Source: Dipteris shenzhenensis
Lineage: Eukaryota
Assembly (NCBI GenBank): GCA_047967505.1
Contig: CM106538.1
Reading direction: 5' to 3' (one strand)
Length of the DNA: 64,000 bases
Positions within the stretch are counted from its first letter, which is position 1; each line of letters begins with the position of its first letter. This document shows positions 39,715 to 52,975 of the stretch, piece after piece. Under the pieces are notes generated by a model. That model saw nothing but the letters and a program-made list of their open reading frames with translations, was not told the origin of the DNA and did no database searches. The position numbers and the translations under genes are program-made.

Positions 39715-42634
39715 AGTCTCTCCTCGACAACGTCGCCGTACGGAGAAACCTATCTTATTCACACCGAAAAACGGCCTGTCGACGGACCCTTTAAAGTTTA
39801 ATTGTAAATAACCTCTATTCCAAAAAAATATCTTTTTTCAACCAATAAAAAAACCTTCTCCATCATCATTTACATATACATTTTACATTTTGAAAAACCA
39901 TCTATGAGCCATCTCCCGCACCCCATATTGGCCCCATAGTGATGTTGTATATATGTATATGTATACATCGGAATCCCGAAAGAGAGATGCCGAGCTTACA
40001 ACAATTCAGCTTACCTCGAGTCGGTCCCTTGTTGGATTGGCAAGGAAGTCTTCGGCTCATTGATCCACGAAAGGCTATATGTATGTCTAGCATGGCCAGT
40101 CCTCAATGGCTCCACTATTTTAATCGAGTAATTTTAGGCTTCATTCAACAACTTGCCCTTATTTTAAAGATAGCCGTTTACATCCCATAGCTATGATCAT
40201 TTCACTAAAACAACTTACTAATTATCCAAACCCATTAAATTTTGTATTGTTTTTTGAAAAACAAGACGATAGTAGTAGTATAAGGTAATACATATTCAAA
40301 ATAATCACACAACTACCATGTTGGAACAATCATATCTTGATCCTTGAAGGTTGTCTAGATTCTTGTGCATTCTTTGCATGAATCGTTAATTAGACAATCC
40401 AAATTTTCTAAGTTAAATATTTTACAAGATACACCAAGGTATGACATTCAAACAATAAATATAGAAGACTTGCATCCTAACTTACCTAGCTAGATAGCAT
40501 CAACCCAATCCTTTATGGCTCTTTTGGCATGTATGTAGGTTCCATGGATGGTTGCAAAGATGAAGCCATGGCAATGTTTCTAGGAAAAAATAGAAAGGAA
40601 AATTGAGTAAACATGGAAATAAATATGAGCCACACATACATGAAGTAATTGCAAAGAACTACTCATTTGTACAAAAATTTATGAATACAAGGAATCATAC
40701 TTCCAATGTACCACCACTTTCAAACCTCTATCAAGAGCCACACCTTCGATTGTATTACTTCATCCTCAATGATTCTATGATGAGCATGTAGCTTGCTCAA
40801 GATGTCTTTCATATTGGTACACTCAAGAGGACTTTCCTTTGTCAGAATTCTTTGACATTTATCTAAGAAATCTACTGCATATGATTCTTGGGTAGATCCA
40901 CCTTACACACCTATAGCATAATCAATGAAGGACTTGGATGTTTCTCCAAACTCCCAACCTAGGGTGTACTAGCCATGGGTTCCTTGCTTGTAGACATGTG
41001 CATGTATGATAAAGCTCCTCAGTAAACCAAGGAGATTTATTTAGAAAAGCATACATAGGATCATGAATGTCTTATTAGAAGCTATACTTATATATTAACA
41101 TAAAATCTCTATAAAATACTAGCAAAAGTCTTCCAAGCTCTTTTAGTTTCACAACATACAAAATATCATATGGTTCTTAGACTATATATTTTCTTTGAGA
41201 TTTTGAAAGAAAAGATGTAGATCTTGGGAAAATGTAAAAGTTCAGCTCAAAACATTCAAATCCTAGTAAATGTTTCAAATTTTTATTTTTATTGGGATAT
41301 TGAAGCTTTCTATACCAATATAAAAGTTTCACTTCTTTGCTAACATAACTTTGAAAAATCATCCATGCATAAGATCTTGCATCAATCATCTCATGATCCA
41401 ATGTAAAGGCTTTCCCTAGTCGATGACCCCTACCCACATAGATTCACCATGGAGTCCTTGCTTATAGTGGACATGCACGTGTCTAATTAGGTTCTTTTGA
41501 AAACCAAAGAAATTTATTCGGGGAATCATACATAGGATCCTACAATAGTGAACTTTCCATTGTATGTAAAGACTTTTCCCAGGATGATTCCTACACAATA
41601 GATTCACCATCATCCTAAAGTTGAGTATGCAGTTACATGCATTCCAGTCTATGTGCATAAAACATTATCAGTGCACCTCTTTCGATTAACTAATAATCTA
41701 TGATCCCTACCTACACGGATTCACTATCAGTCATGAAATTATAGCATGTAGTTACATCCCAGTTACATGCATTCAAGCATGTGTGTGTAACATGTCATGA
41801 TGAGTGTACATCTTTCAAGACATTAATAATCATTCTAGCACTGGGGAATGATTATTGACCAAATAGTCTTGCATATGATTAGGTAATAGGAGACTTCCAA
41901 TCCATGCAAGACTTCTATTAGTGAGATGATTTTATCCAAGTGGAATAAAACCCAAAGTATGGAGGAAGACTCATGAACATACTGCAAATATTTTCTCCAT
42001 TTGGCATTAACATAGGGATTGACAACCCATGGCTCCTTGTCATGTGTAAACTTGGGGAAGTGCACTCATAAATATGTAATCATAGCACGTGGGTTCAATA
42101 GAAGGAGTTTTTTAAATCCACTTTTTACACATCTTTCACATTCATATAAAGGGGTACTCACAGATTGAATAGAAAAAGGCACAACAACACAAAGCAACTA
42201 TAGACGCGCTTGGTAGACGTGCAAAATAGTGGGCGCGTCTATAGGCGTTGCTCTAGTAGAGAAATTACGGGCGCGTCTATTAGCGCGGCTAAATGCTCGT
42301 CTATTTGCGCGTCAATCACCGCGTTTATTTGCGCGTTAGACCTGAGAAAATATGGGCCCGTCTAACATCCCGTCTATTAGCGCGTCTATTTGCGCGTGTA
42401 TTTGCGCGTTTATTTGCGCGTTTACACTGAGAATCAGACGCGCATTTAGACGCGGGGTTAGACGCGATCCAGAGAATACAAAAAGTGAGATTTTGGTGTA
42501 CATCATTGCTTTCCAAACATTGCCCATGATTACCAAAGCACATAATTTTTTGCAAGCCCACATATACAAGAATTAAGGGAAATGAGGAGAATGAGACAAT
42601 ATGTAAAATAGTTTTGCCAATATCAATTGTGGGG

Positions 42635-45303
42635 CTACGGTTCAATCTCATCCTCAATGAGATCAACCCTTGCCAAACTATCTACTTCAAAATCCAAACA
42701 AGTGTTTAGATCTACAAATACATTCAACCCACTACTACTTGTGCCACTCATGTGCTCATCGAAATCAAGATCTCCAATGGTAGGCTCGTCCTCACGGGTA
42801 ATGCCGGCCTCAATATCTATATCTCCTATCTCATGATCATCCTCCTCTCTTGTATCACGGTCATCATCACGTCCATGGCCATGATCATCCTCCATACGCT
42901 CCATATTAGTAAATGTACTATACATCACTTTGGAACGTGGCATAATAGGTATGACATGCCACCACCTATTATTATCCACCATTGGTTGATAGACAACCTA
43001 ATTCAAACACAAATACAATCATGTTACTTTTCTTGCATCAAATATTTAAAAGCGAGTATTTTTATGTGTGTGCACAGTACCTGTTCACATTGTTGCGGTA
43101 GTATTAGTGTGTCCTTCCTACTTTGCCAAAACTTTGTGGAGTCAATAGTTACAAAGCCACTTGCATGGCGTTTGATTGTTGCATTAGGGCCTCTTTCCAC
43201 CACGTCCTTAAACCACTTTACATCCAAAACATACACAAAGAAGCGTCGAAAGTCAAGCATAATGATGTCTTGGATTATGCCACAATAATCATCCATGACT
43301 CCATTGGCTCCCTCAAAGCTAGCAATGACGCCGCAATCTTGTGTGTTTCTCTTATCATCAATCCGTTGTGTTCGAAAATGCTTGCCCTCACACCATATAG
43401 CATTGAACATAGTGCACTACACCAAGAAAAAATCAATTAAATAAGCAATCTAAATTATAAAAACCTCCTAACTTATGCATAACATTCTATATACCGACCT
43501 TGCTCATGCATCCCCTAGCATACTCCCATTCTTCCATTGTGATATGCATCCCCTCGTCTTTCTCTGCTTTCTCCATTTCATCAAGTAGCCAATCCACATG
43601 AATATCCTTTGGAAGTGCTCTTAGATGCTGAGGGTATGGCACACGAGATCCGTGGTGTGTACGAAAGAGGGCCCTTTCTTCTTGTCTTCTTGCCTTTGCA
43701 TCCTCGTATCTTGTCACCCATCTTTTCATCACATCACTATTAAGCACGCAAAAGAGGTTGATACTATTACGCAACTCCGTGTCTATTACTTTGTTGCGTC
43801 CTCTTCCTTGAGGCACAATAGAGGTCATCCTTAGGTCTTCATCATCTCTCCATAGTCGTGGGAGAGAGCTATCCACATCAACAAGAAACTCAGAAATATA
43901 TAAAGTGACTCTTGTACCAACCAACCCTCGGCCATGCTACCTTCGGGTCTTGCATTTTGTCTCACGAAGCCCTTCAAGGTCTTCATGAAGCGCTCGAGGA
44001 AGAACAACCATCGTGCATGTATAGTACTGCATATAGCAATCTCATCCACCAAATGCACTATGAGATGTAGTTGGCTTGTGAGAATAGAACGTGGAAATGT
44101 CTCCTCCACTAAACAAACCGCCTCCACTGACATAACTCGAGCATTCTCAAGCGTGGTGGGATCTATTTCCTTTGAGCTCACATACCTCACAAGCTCTCCT
44201 ATCTTGTAAATACAATCTTTCACGTCCTTTGATGCACTACGTGAAATGCTAGTAGGTAGTATGAACTGAACCCGCAAGGAGGTGGTTGATTAGTTGCTTA
44301 TAGCTATTCACAATATGTTGGATGCGAGGGATTATGGGAAAATGTTGCAATACCTTACGAGGCACGTCCAAGGTTTTGAGATCTGCTCTATATCTTGCCT
44401 CTCCACAAGTAGGACACTCTCTTGCATCCTTATGTAGTCCACGAAACAAAACGCAATTGTTGACACATGCATGGATGCGCTTGTAATCTAATCCTCCAAG
44501 AGAGGTCACATGTTGCCTTGCCATATCTCTTGAGGTCGGTAATTTATTCTCCCTTGGAAGCATTTTACACAATAGCCTGCACATGAAGACCATAAATGAG
44601 GAAAAGCATTCGAGTAATTGACCCACGCGCATAATTCATCATGTTTGCAAAATCGACTTTAAATTAAAGCTTACTTGAGTAATGCATTCAAACTTGCATT
44701 GCTCCATCCATAGATGGTTTGCAAGTTTAGTAACTCAAGGGAGGCACGTAGAACAGAGAATGTGCACCCCTCAAACAGTGGAGTCGATGCTGCGGTAAAA
44801 AGATCATCCTGCTCCATGCTATTATCCCTCCCTTGATGGACATATAAATCCCGCACCATATCATCAAACACCTCCTCCTCCACGGCTTCATGAGGTAATG
44901 GTGGAGGGCTACTATCACCATCACTCCATGCATCCGTAACGGTCCCTCCTGAAGATCCCACCTCATATCGCCGACGCTTCGCCTCCTCACGACGGGCATA
45001 GGGTAACATGTGCGGGTGTGGCACTGCATCCTGTATCAAATTAAAACGGGATCATTATAACTCAAACATATGAACACCCATAGGTATCTCAATCAACCTT
45101 AACTTACAAATCCTTACCCTGTTTACGGTCACATCCCATTCTCCATACTTTGAGATATGATTGAGCGTAATCTTGCGTGCACGATACATGTTTCCTCAAC
45201 ATCGATCACACAGACATTTGATTTTTTGCTCCAACCACATTTCGCGATGGTGGATACGGAGGGATTCATCCTCACTGGAGCTGCTTGTTGAAGATGGAGA
45301 CAT
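42635..45303 (-). pseudogene. TnpD/Tnp2-like transposase of element #3, multi-exon, catalytic core missing
   Basis: N-terminal CLCDRC*G..H motif; YKRIHACVNNCVLFRG...CPTCGEARY; VPRKVLQHFPIIPRIQ then a jump to FILP...LHLIVHLVDE...RWLFFLERFMKTLKGFVRQNARPEGSMAEGW; DYCGIIQDI...VKWF; LILPQQCEQV. Confidence 0.9.
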
Positions 45304-46514
45304 CCTACAAACAAACAACCCACCAAATTTGCTCTTCTTCAAATGCCTAACTTAAAAAACTCTGTGTCGTGTTTAAATGCCCGTCTATCCTCGCGTTTAC
45401 TGTCGCGTCTATCTGCGCGTCTAAATGCCCGTCTAGTCTGTGTATTTAAATACGCCTCTAGACGTGCTAATAGACGTGCCTATAAACGCGCTTACTCTGT
45501 GTATTTTGACGCGACTATAGACGCGCTAATAGACGCGAGTATACCCGCGACTTTTAAACCTGCTTTTCGGCACGCCGCTCGCTTTGCTTTTCTTTTAACT
45601 ACTTAAACTTCGCGAGCGGCTTTGTTCCTTCATTATTAGCAGTTCTATAGATTCGAAGCTTAAGAGAGAGCCTCCCATACACACACAGTTCCAAGCTTTC
45701 ACTCAAGACAAAGGGACCGTACTTACACAACTTGCTTCCAAGCCTAAAGAAGAGGAGAAGTACGAACAAGGAGAAGAGGAGGAGAAGAAACAAGTTTGGA
45801 AAAGAAAGATCCTTCCATACCTTTTTCCAAGTAAGTCCTTTTGAAGTTGTTCTTGCTTGTTCTTTCCAGTTTTGTACTTTTCGCATCCACGAAACACAGC
45901 ATCTAGGTATGAGCGACACGTTCTTTTGTCGGGCGAAACGTCCTTTTCCACTTTTGAGTATTCTCGACTGTCGGAGCACGTGTATACAGGCGTCTAAGGG
46001 CGCGTCTAAACGCGCATCTACAGGCGCGTCTATTTGCGCATCTGGCTTGCTACAGACACGCACAGACGCGAATATAGATGCTCAAACAGACGATCTCTTA
46101 AACGGATGTTTAAACGAATGTTTTGACGCGCTTTTAGACGCGTTTTTAGACGGATCTGTGGACGGGTTGATAAACGCGCTTTTTAACGCACTTGTGGACG
46201 GATTTTTTGACGATCTGTTAGACGCGGTTATAGATGCACTTTTACTTGAACTGTTAAACGCGTTTAGAGATGGATCTGTGGACGGGTCGATAAACGCGCT
46301 TTTTAACGCACTTGTGGACGGATTTTTTGACGGTCTGTTAGACGCGGTTATAGACGCGCTTTTACTTGAACTGTTAAACGCTCTGTTAGACGCGTTTATA
46401 GATGCGACGATTAGACGGGTCTATAGACGCGCTCTGACAGAGCCTCTTTTTTTTTTTCCCCCTTTCTTCTCAGCTCCCAAAGTAATAGATTTGTTTATTT
46501 TTTTCCAGTTTAAC

Positions 46515-47976
46515 ATGTGGGGAGGAAGTGCTTCTAGCTCACCTGATCCGCGTGAATCGATATGGAAGGATTTATATAATATTTTAGGGCACCCTCCTAG
46601 TCCTGTGGAGTTATACAGGTACATGACGGGTATCCTTAACACTCCCCAGGAGTCGGCAGTACAGACTTCGAGCCACCCCACACTGCCTGAGATCACCCCA
46701 GCGGAGTCCGCACAGCCGTCTTATGCCCCGTCCCCCGTACCGTGTTATGCCCCTTCCCCCATGCCGTCTTATGTCCCTTCTGCCATCCCGTCTTATGCCC
46801 CTTCCCCCATGCCTTCAGGAGGTCCTTCTGCCTCAGCGAGTCGTCGACGTACTCCCCAGCCGTCGAGACTCGGTTCTCCGGCTACGAGTGGTCAGCGTAG
46901 TCCCGCGCAGTCCCCAGCTACGAGTGGCCAGCGTACGAGCTCCACACGACAGGGTGGCAGGCGTAGTAGTAGGGAGAACGGTGGCGGATGCATGGCACAG
47001 TGCTTTGGGCCATGTGGCGGTGAGGCCGAGGATGATGATTCCGATGATTTGGACGTGCCTCTGGGTGATGGTACGATTTATTATGACATCACCCAGACAG
47101 GAGGCATCTTGATGGATGCGCGGGGGAAGGACATAATGGCCTTCATGCGCTCTGTAATTGCTAACAATTACAGAGATTGCTTTATCCACTATAAAGACCA
47201 CCCAAAGAGGTTGGCTGATGAGACCCTCGCTACTGTTCGCTCTAGGTATCCTAACCCCCCAATCGCCAGTTCACAGATAAATGGGCCAAGTCAAAGATTG
47301 TTACGATACTTAGCAATAAAAGATCTTCCCTTAAGAGGCAGGCACTAGCGGAGCTTGCCAGACTTGAGGCAGGTCAACCTCCAAGGGGCCCGCCCCACAC
47401 CGCTCAGAAGCGTGAGTGGAAGAAGGCAATGAAGTCAGCGAGGGAGGAGCCCAGTCTGCAGCACGTGGAGGCACGGAGGATCCAGATGGAGGAGTATGGG
47501 AGCGCGCATTTTGGAGCAGGGGGCGTGGAATCATGGGAGGCCCAATTTGTAAGTATCGATCTCGAATTATATTGCTTATGTAGTTTATTAGGAGGTTGGT
47601 TGTTTCTTTGTACTAATCCCTCCACAAAGTGTATCGCGGTCATGCAGCTTGAGATCGTGGGCAGATACCCTACTCCAGTGGAGACAGCCTACCACCGCCA
47701 CCATCGCAGAGGAGATACATGGAGGCACTTCTATGATGACGGGTTGATTACTGAGGAGCAGTATACCCGAGCGACTGGACATGCCCCCGAGGTATTTGAA
47801 AGTAATTAAATAATGCCAAAATTATAAGTAAAGATTTGATTTTTCATACATTGATATATGTTGTCCCTTGTTTACAGGGCACCCCTGCACAAGACGACGA
47901 GGAAGACAAGGAAGGAGGTGCAGAAGGGAGCGCAGAAGGCAGTGCATCAGGGAGTGTGGAAGGCAGCGAGGATTAG
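46515..47976 (+). pseudogene. Partner (TnpA-like) gene of element #3; exons ~46515-47548, 47648-47791, 47878-47976; one frameshift near 47260
   Basis: MWGGSASSSPDPRESIWK..., P/S-rich linker, YYDITQTGGILMDARGKDIMAFMR...RYPNPP...YGSAHFGAGG. GT-AG introns. Confidence 0.7.
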
Positions 47977-50346
47977 TCGTAGAAGTAGTGCTACTATTCT
48001 TTTTTGTACTTAAAGCCATTGGCTTGGCTTCATGCCTCTTGTATATAGACTCCTCTTATTTTTTGTACTTGAAGCCACATGACATGGCTTAGCTTCCTTA
48101 TTTTTTGTACTTGGAGCCACATGACGTGGCTTAGCTTCGTGCTATATGTATATACAAGCACTTTTTGAGCTTTCAATTTTATTGCGTTTTGGAGTTGTAA
48201 TATTTTATTTGGAATTGTAATTAAAATGAGCTTGGCTGTAAGAATTGAATTACAGAATGTGGATATGGGATTCTTGTAACTATATAGCATACACAACATA
48301 CACAGTATTCTGTAAAATTTTTTTTTTTAAAAAAAGGCGCGTCTATCAGCGCGTTTACAAGCGCGTTTATATACGCGTCTGTCTGTTCGATATGCGTTTA
48401 TACGTGCATTTATAAATGCGTGTATTTGCGCGTCTATATAAGCGTGTATAAGCGCATCTATACGTGCGTAAGTCTGATATATAGACGCGCTAATAGACGC
48501 GGGTCTCCTGACGCGCAAATAGACGCGCACGTAAGGCTTTTATTTAGTTCATGAAACGCGTCTGTGCGCGTGTCTATGGGTGCTTTGTCTTGTTGTGAGG
48601 GTTTGTTTTATTCATGATAAGTTTATAGATAATGGATTTTACAAATAGACCTTGAATGCATGTTATATATAGGGTTTATAAGTAGTGGGCCCTGTGAGTA
48701 GCTCTATGCATCACAACATTACTAAAGCCACTTTTACTAAATCATAACAGTTCACACCTTCATGTCTATTTTTCATGCCAATATATGACATAGTAGGTCT
48801 AAATCTTGGTACACCCACAACTTTTACTTGATGCACCTTTCCTTCCACTCCTTATTGCTCATAAATTTACAACATTTTTACTAAAAATGTACATTAAAAG
48901 GCGCACATGTTGGGCACATTGAATGCAAACTTGTAACTCTACCCTCCCTTCTTCTAAACTAGCATTTAAATCACCTTGCACCTCACTAGTCAACTAAATG
49001 TTTCAAGGTTCTAGATGCCATGTCTCCTATTAGTCCCTTTTCTTTACTAGTCCATCCAATCTGGTAACCACGTGGTAAAATATTCCCCTTCATTGGAAGG
49101 CAAAGTAACATTTTTTGAAGTTATTGAATAAATCCCATTAAGCTATTACATCCGCTAACAAACAAGAATATACTCACTATATCCTACATTTTGGACATCT
49201 CCAGAGTCTAGATGATACTTTTAAATGAACTTGTATGTTGCAAGGTAAGATTATGAAGGAGCATTTGAAGCTCAGTCTTCCATATTAGACTGAGTGCCAT
49301 GAAATCTAAAGCATGAAATAATCATTATATTACAAGAAAGAAAAGCACATTGAAACAATGAAACACCGGTGGCCAAGAAACTATTACAATGTAATCAAAG
49401 AAAGATGAGGCATTGAATGCTAAAAACAAGAAGAATGCCAAGAAGTACAAATGTAAGAGACTCAACTAGTATAGAATGTAAACTATTAAACTTACAAAAA
49501 TTACATGACACAATGATTATAGCATACATAATACATAATAAATTACAGTGGTGTAAATATCACATATGAAATTGCTATGAAGACCCTAGACCTTTTTTTA
49601 AAAAACTTTAAAGGTAAAATAGTAGAATGAAACTGACATCTACACTCGTAGGGTGCACTACTAAGAAACCCTATGTATCACTTGCATTCAAAGGGTATTA
49701 AAAAAACCCCTCAACTAAAATTTCTTTCACAATAAAAACACTCCTCTTTACTTATGAACTAAGTGTTTTTTTTCAAAATTGGAATTTAAAAATCCCTCAT
49801 GTTATTGTGATTTTGTTAAATTTTTCCAAAAAGTTGGATTAAAATACCCCTCCTTTTGAATGCACGTGGTACACTAAATTTTTTTAGGTGAAACCCCTAA
49901 GCATCTACATTGGCTTTGCTAATCACATATTTGATTGGGAAGATTGTTATTACAATAATACATGCCACCATTTAGATATGGGAGCCTCAATCATAAATAT
50001 CAACCGAGCTCACAAATGTATGTGACTTAATGATTATAGTGAACTGGTTATCAAGTATCAAATCACTACCAAGAGCCTTAACCTTATTAAAAATAAAACT
50101 TTAGATATAAAACAATAGTACAAAACCAATATCTACATTAGCTTTTCCAATTGGACATCTAGTTGGGAGGGCTAATATTGGGTTGATACATGTTACCATA
50201 TAGTTATGGGAGCCACATGCTTAGATATAAACCAAGATCTACTCGATATATCCATATGAAATAGTACACTAAATTACTGGGTTAAAATTATAAAGCTAGA
50301 AAATGTGAGCCGCATACCCAAATTCCAACTCTGCCTCCCCTTCTCC

Positions 50347-50369
50347 CCCGTTATCTCCCCCCCCCCCCC

Positions 50370-50430
<61 letters not shown>

Positions 50431-50440
50431 TCTCTCTCTT
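50347..50440. repeat. poly-C plus (CT)n microsatellite
   Basis: Direct reading. Confidence 0.95.
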
Positions 50441-52710
50441 GCTCTCCACATCTTAGTTAGGACAAGGTAATAAAATCAACAACTTAAGGGAGAAATGTGG
50501 CCTCTCAAAAGGCCATTGTAAGGAATGGATTAAGAAATCAATTAGGGTTCAAAGAGTCCTAACCCCCCTTCACCTAGGTGGGTTAGTCCCACAAGTGACC
50601 CTGCCTCTTACACCACTTACACCCCTCTTACTCCTAGGTCGGAGCCACCATATTCAAAATTTGAAATTTGAAATTTGAACTCCTGCCCTCCTTCTCTCTC
50701 CTCCTTCCCTCCCGAGTCCCTCCCCCCCTCCCCCCCCTCCTCCTCCCCCTTCCCTCCTCCTCCTCCTCCTCCCTCCCCCCTCCCTCCTCCTCCACATAGG
50801 CTCCATACCTGCTCCTCCTTCCCCTCTATCCTACTCGACACCTGCTCACACCTGCTGGTCCTCCCCCCTTCCATCCTCCTCCACACCTACTAGTCCTCCG
50901 CCCTCCATCCCTCCTCTTCATTTGCTGGTACTCCCTTCTCCATCCCTATGGTCCAATGTGCTTCTGTGTAGCCATTTTTGGTGAGTTTCATGCCATTTTT
51001 GTATATAGGTACCTTGCCTGACCCATAACTTATGCATTGCTCAATGGTGTTCAACAAACTTTGTCTTAAAGTTATAGTATAATTCCAATCTTGAAAATGA
51101 GACAAAACAAATATGGAATAAAGATTTGGAATGAGATCTTTAAAGCATTACAAGTGCTATGCTGCATGTGAAGCATGCATCATAAAGAATATCTGATATA
51201 ACAATCTATTCAAAAACATCAAAAGAAATTCCTGCACATATATGCAACCAAGTTCCACTATGTGAGCTTCTCCTCAACCCAAGGACACAACTAATTGAGA
51301 ATGTTAGGTATGGTTTTAGGGGCATCCAATGTTGTGATAAGATTATGCACACCCATTCAAGGGCACGCTCCATAACTTTTTCTTGATTTATTGAAAACCA
51401 AAATGGATTGAAAATTTGGAATCCAAAATAGTGGGACTACCACATGTGGTCTTAAAACATTGATAATTGGTGATATTGGTATTTAGATTTACCCTAGGAT
51501 GGAACATTTTGAAAATGTGCAATTTATCCATGTGCAAAGATCTTTTAATAAATCCAACAATATTTATAATTTTGTATTGTTTCTTTTTCCATGCACTTAT
51601 AACAACAATAAATCCAACAATATTTATAATTCTGTATTGTCAAAGGTCATTGCATTTCATAATATATAACATCAAACCCAATAGCATGCCCTTTGGTCTA
51701 TTTGTATTTGGAAGAATCTTGGGACACATTGCACTTGCTTGAGGGCAACCGATATATCCAATTTTGTTGATGTGTATTGCCAAAAGGGGAAAATCACGAC
51801 GGTTGGAAAATTTTCTATCCTTATGCACTTTTGAAAATTTTCACCTCTTGCTCTGCAAATCTTTGAATATTAAAGTGCATTTCCTTCCAACCTACAAACT
51901 ATATTCTCTTCATGCTACCTTGCAACCTGCCTCATGTAGAGCTCGCTCAATGTGACCTCGTTCTTTTGGTTTGGCATTATCTTCTTTACTCAAATAAGTC
52001 ATCTTCTATTCTTTGCTCTCCTCACAAGCTAGCTGGCCTCTATTCTGGTGGTGGCTCACTGATTGTCTCCATAGCATCAATGGAAAGATGCAACTCATCA
52101 TGGCTTGCAAGAGAGCCAAACATAGGCTCCGAGATAGGAAAGCTGAAAACCTTGGTCAAGGCACAAGGAACAAATTGTGGGGCCAAGAAAGAAATGGCAC
52201 GTTATTGAAATGAAAATGGAAGACACTTTTGCAATGTTTGTAGAGGGAGAAACAACGAGAATAAAGAAGACTTCTTGTAGAGAAGCAACAAAAATCTATT
52301 GCAGATACATGCATTCGATCATTGCTAATCATTGGAGCAAAGAACACGAGCTGTGGTCTCACATTTGCTGGGATCATTCGAGGTAGTAACATTAGGCCAT
52401 TTAGGTGAATACTAGTTTCGAGTCTTAGCCTCCACCCTAAAATTTGAAGATTGACAACCCTACCAACACCAGCTCAAGAGATGCACACCTAAGAGACGAT
52501 GCTTCTTGAGAAATGGCATACAGAAAGTGAAGGGGTGCACAACTTCAATCAACTAGCTATAAAGAGGGCGACATTGGCTATGTTGGCATCCTTTGAAACA
52601 AAAAATTATTGGCTTGGGTGCAAAATGTTGTCAATCAGAAGGACCAATATGGCTCCAGTATTTGGACAAAGAGAGGAAGCAATGTAGGATCATCCCAATC
52701 CGACAAGTCT

Positions 52711-52836
52711 GTTATATACTACACAATAGCCACAATGTGTCATACCTTGACTATAACAATATTGCATTTCATAAAGAAGCATCGTTATATACTACACAAT
52801 AGCCACAATGTGTCATACCTTGACTATAACAATATT
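52711..52836. repeat. Short duplication (~53 bp x2)
   Basis: GTTATATACTACACAATAGCCACAATGTGTCATACCTTGACTATAACAATATT occurs twice. Confidence 0.9.
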
Positions 52837-52975
52837 ATATCATAAGGAAAGTCACCACATTACAGTAAAGGCTAAAATTTAAATAGATTACGTGCTCCTA
52901 ATATCAACTACCAAAACATGTTCCATCATTTAAAACTTGCTTTTATAGTTTTGAATTATCTCGCATTAAAGTGTT

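Larger units (their letters stand above)
42180..48597. mobile_element. CACTA/CMC-superfamily DNA transposon #3 with CACAA termini, internally deleted
   Basis: 26-bp TIRs CACAACAACACAAAGCAACTATAGAC / CACAACAAGACAAAGCACCCATAGAC (3 mismatches). TSD AGG at 42177-42179 and 48598-48600. TAGACGCG-type subterminal repeats. Confidence 0.95.

Noticed and set aside
40200-42170. Possible decayed TE with faint internal repeats
   Set aside because: No termini or domains identifiable by eye.
45732-46514. N-terminal half of the 538-aa ORF (DALLDAF repeats)
   Set aside because: Translation of the TAGACGCG motif array, probably intronic; the credible start is ATG 46515.
51900-52700. Coding-like fragments, possibly a decayed transposase
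   Set aside because: No recognisable motif; needs a translated search.
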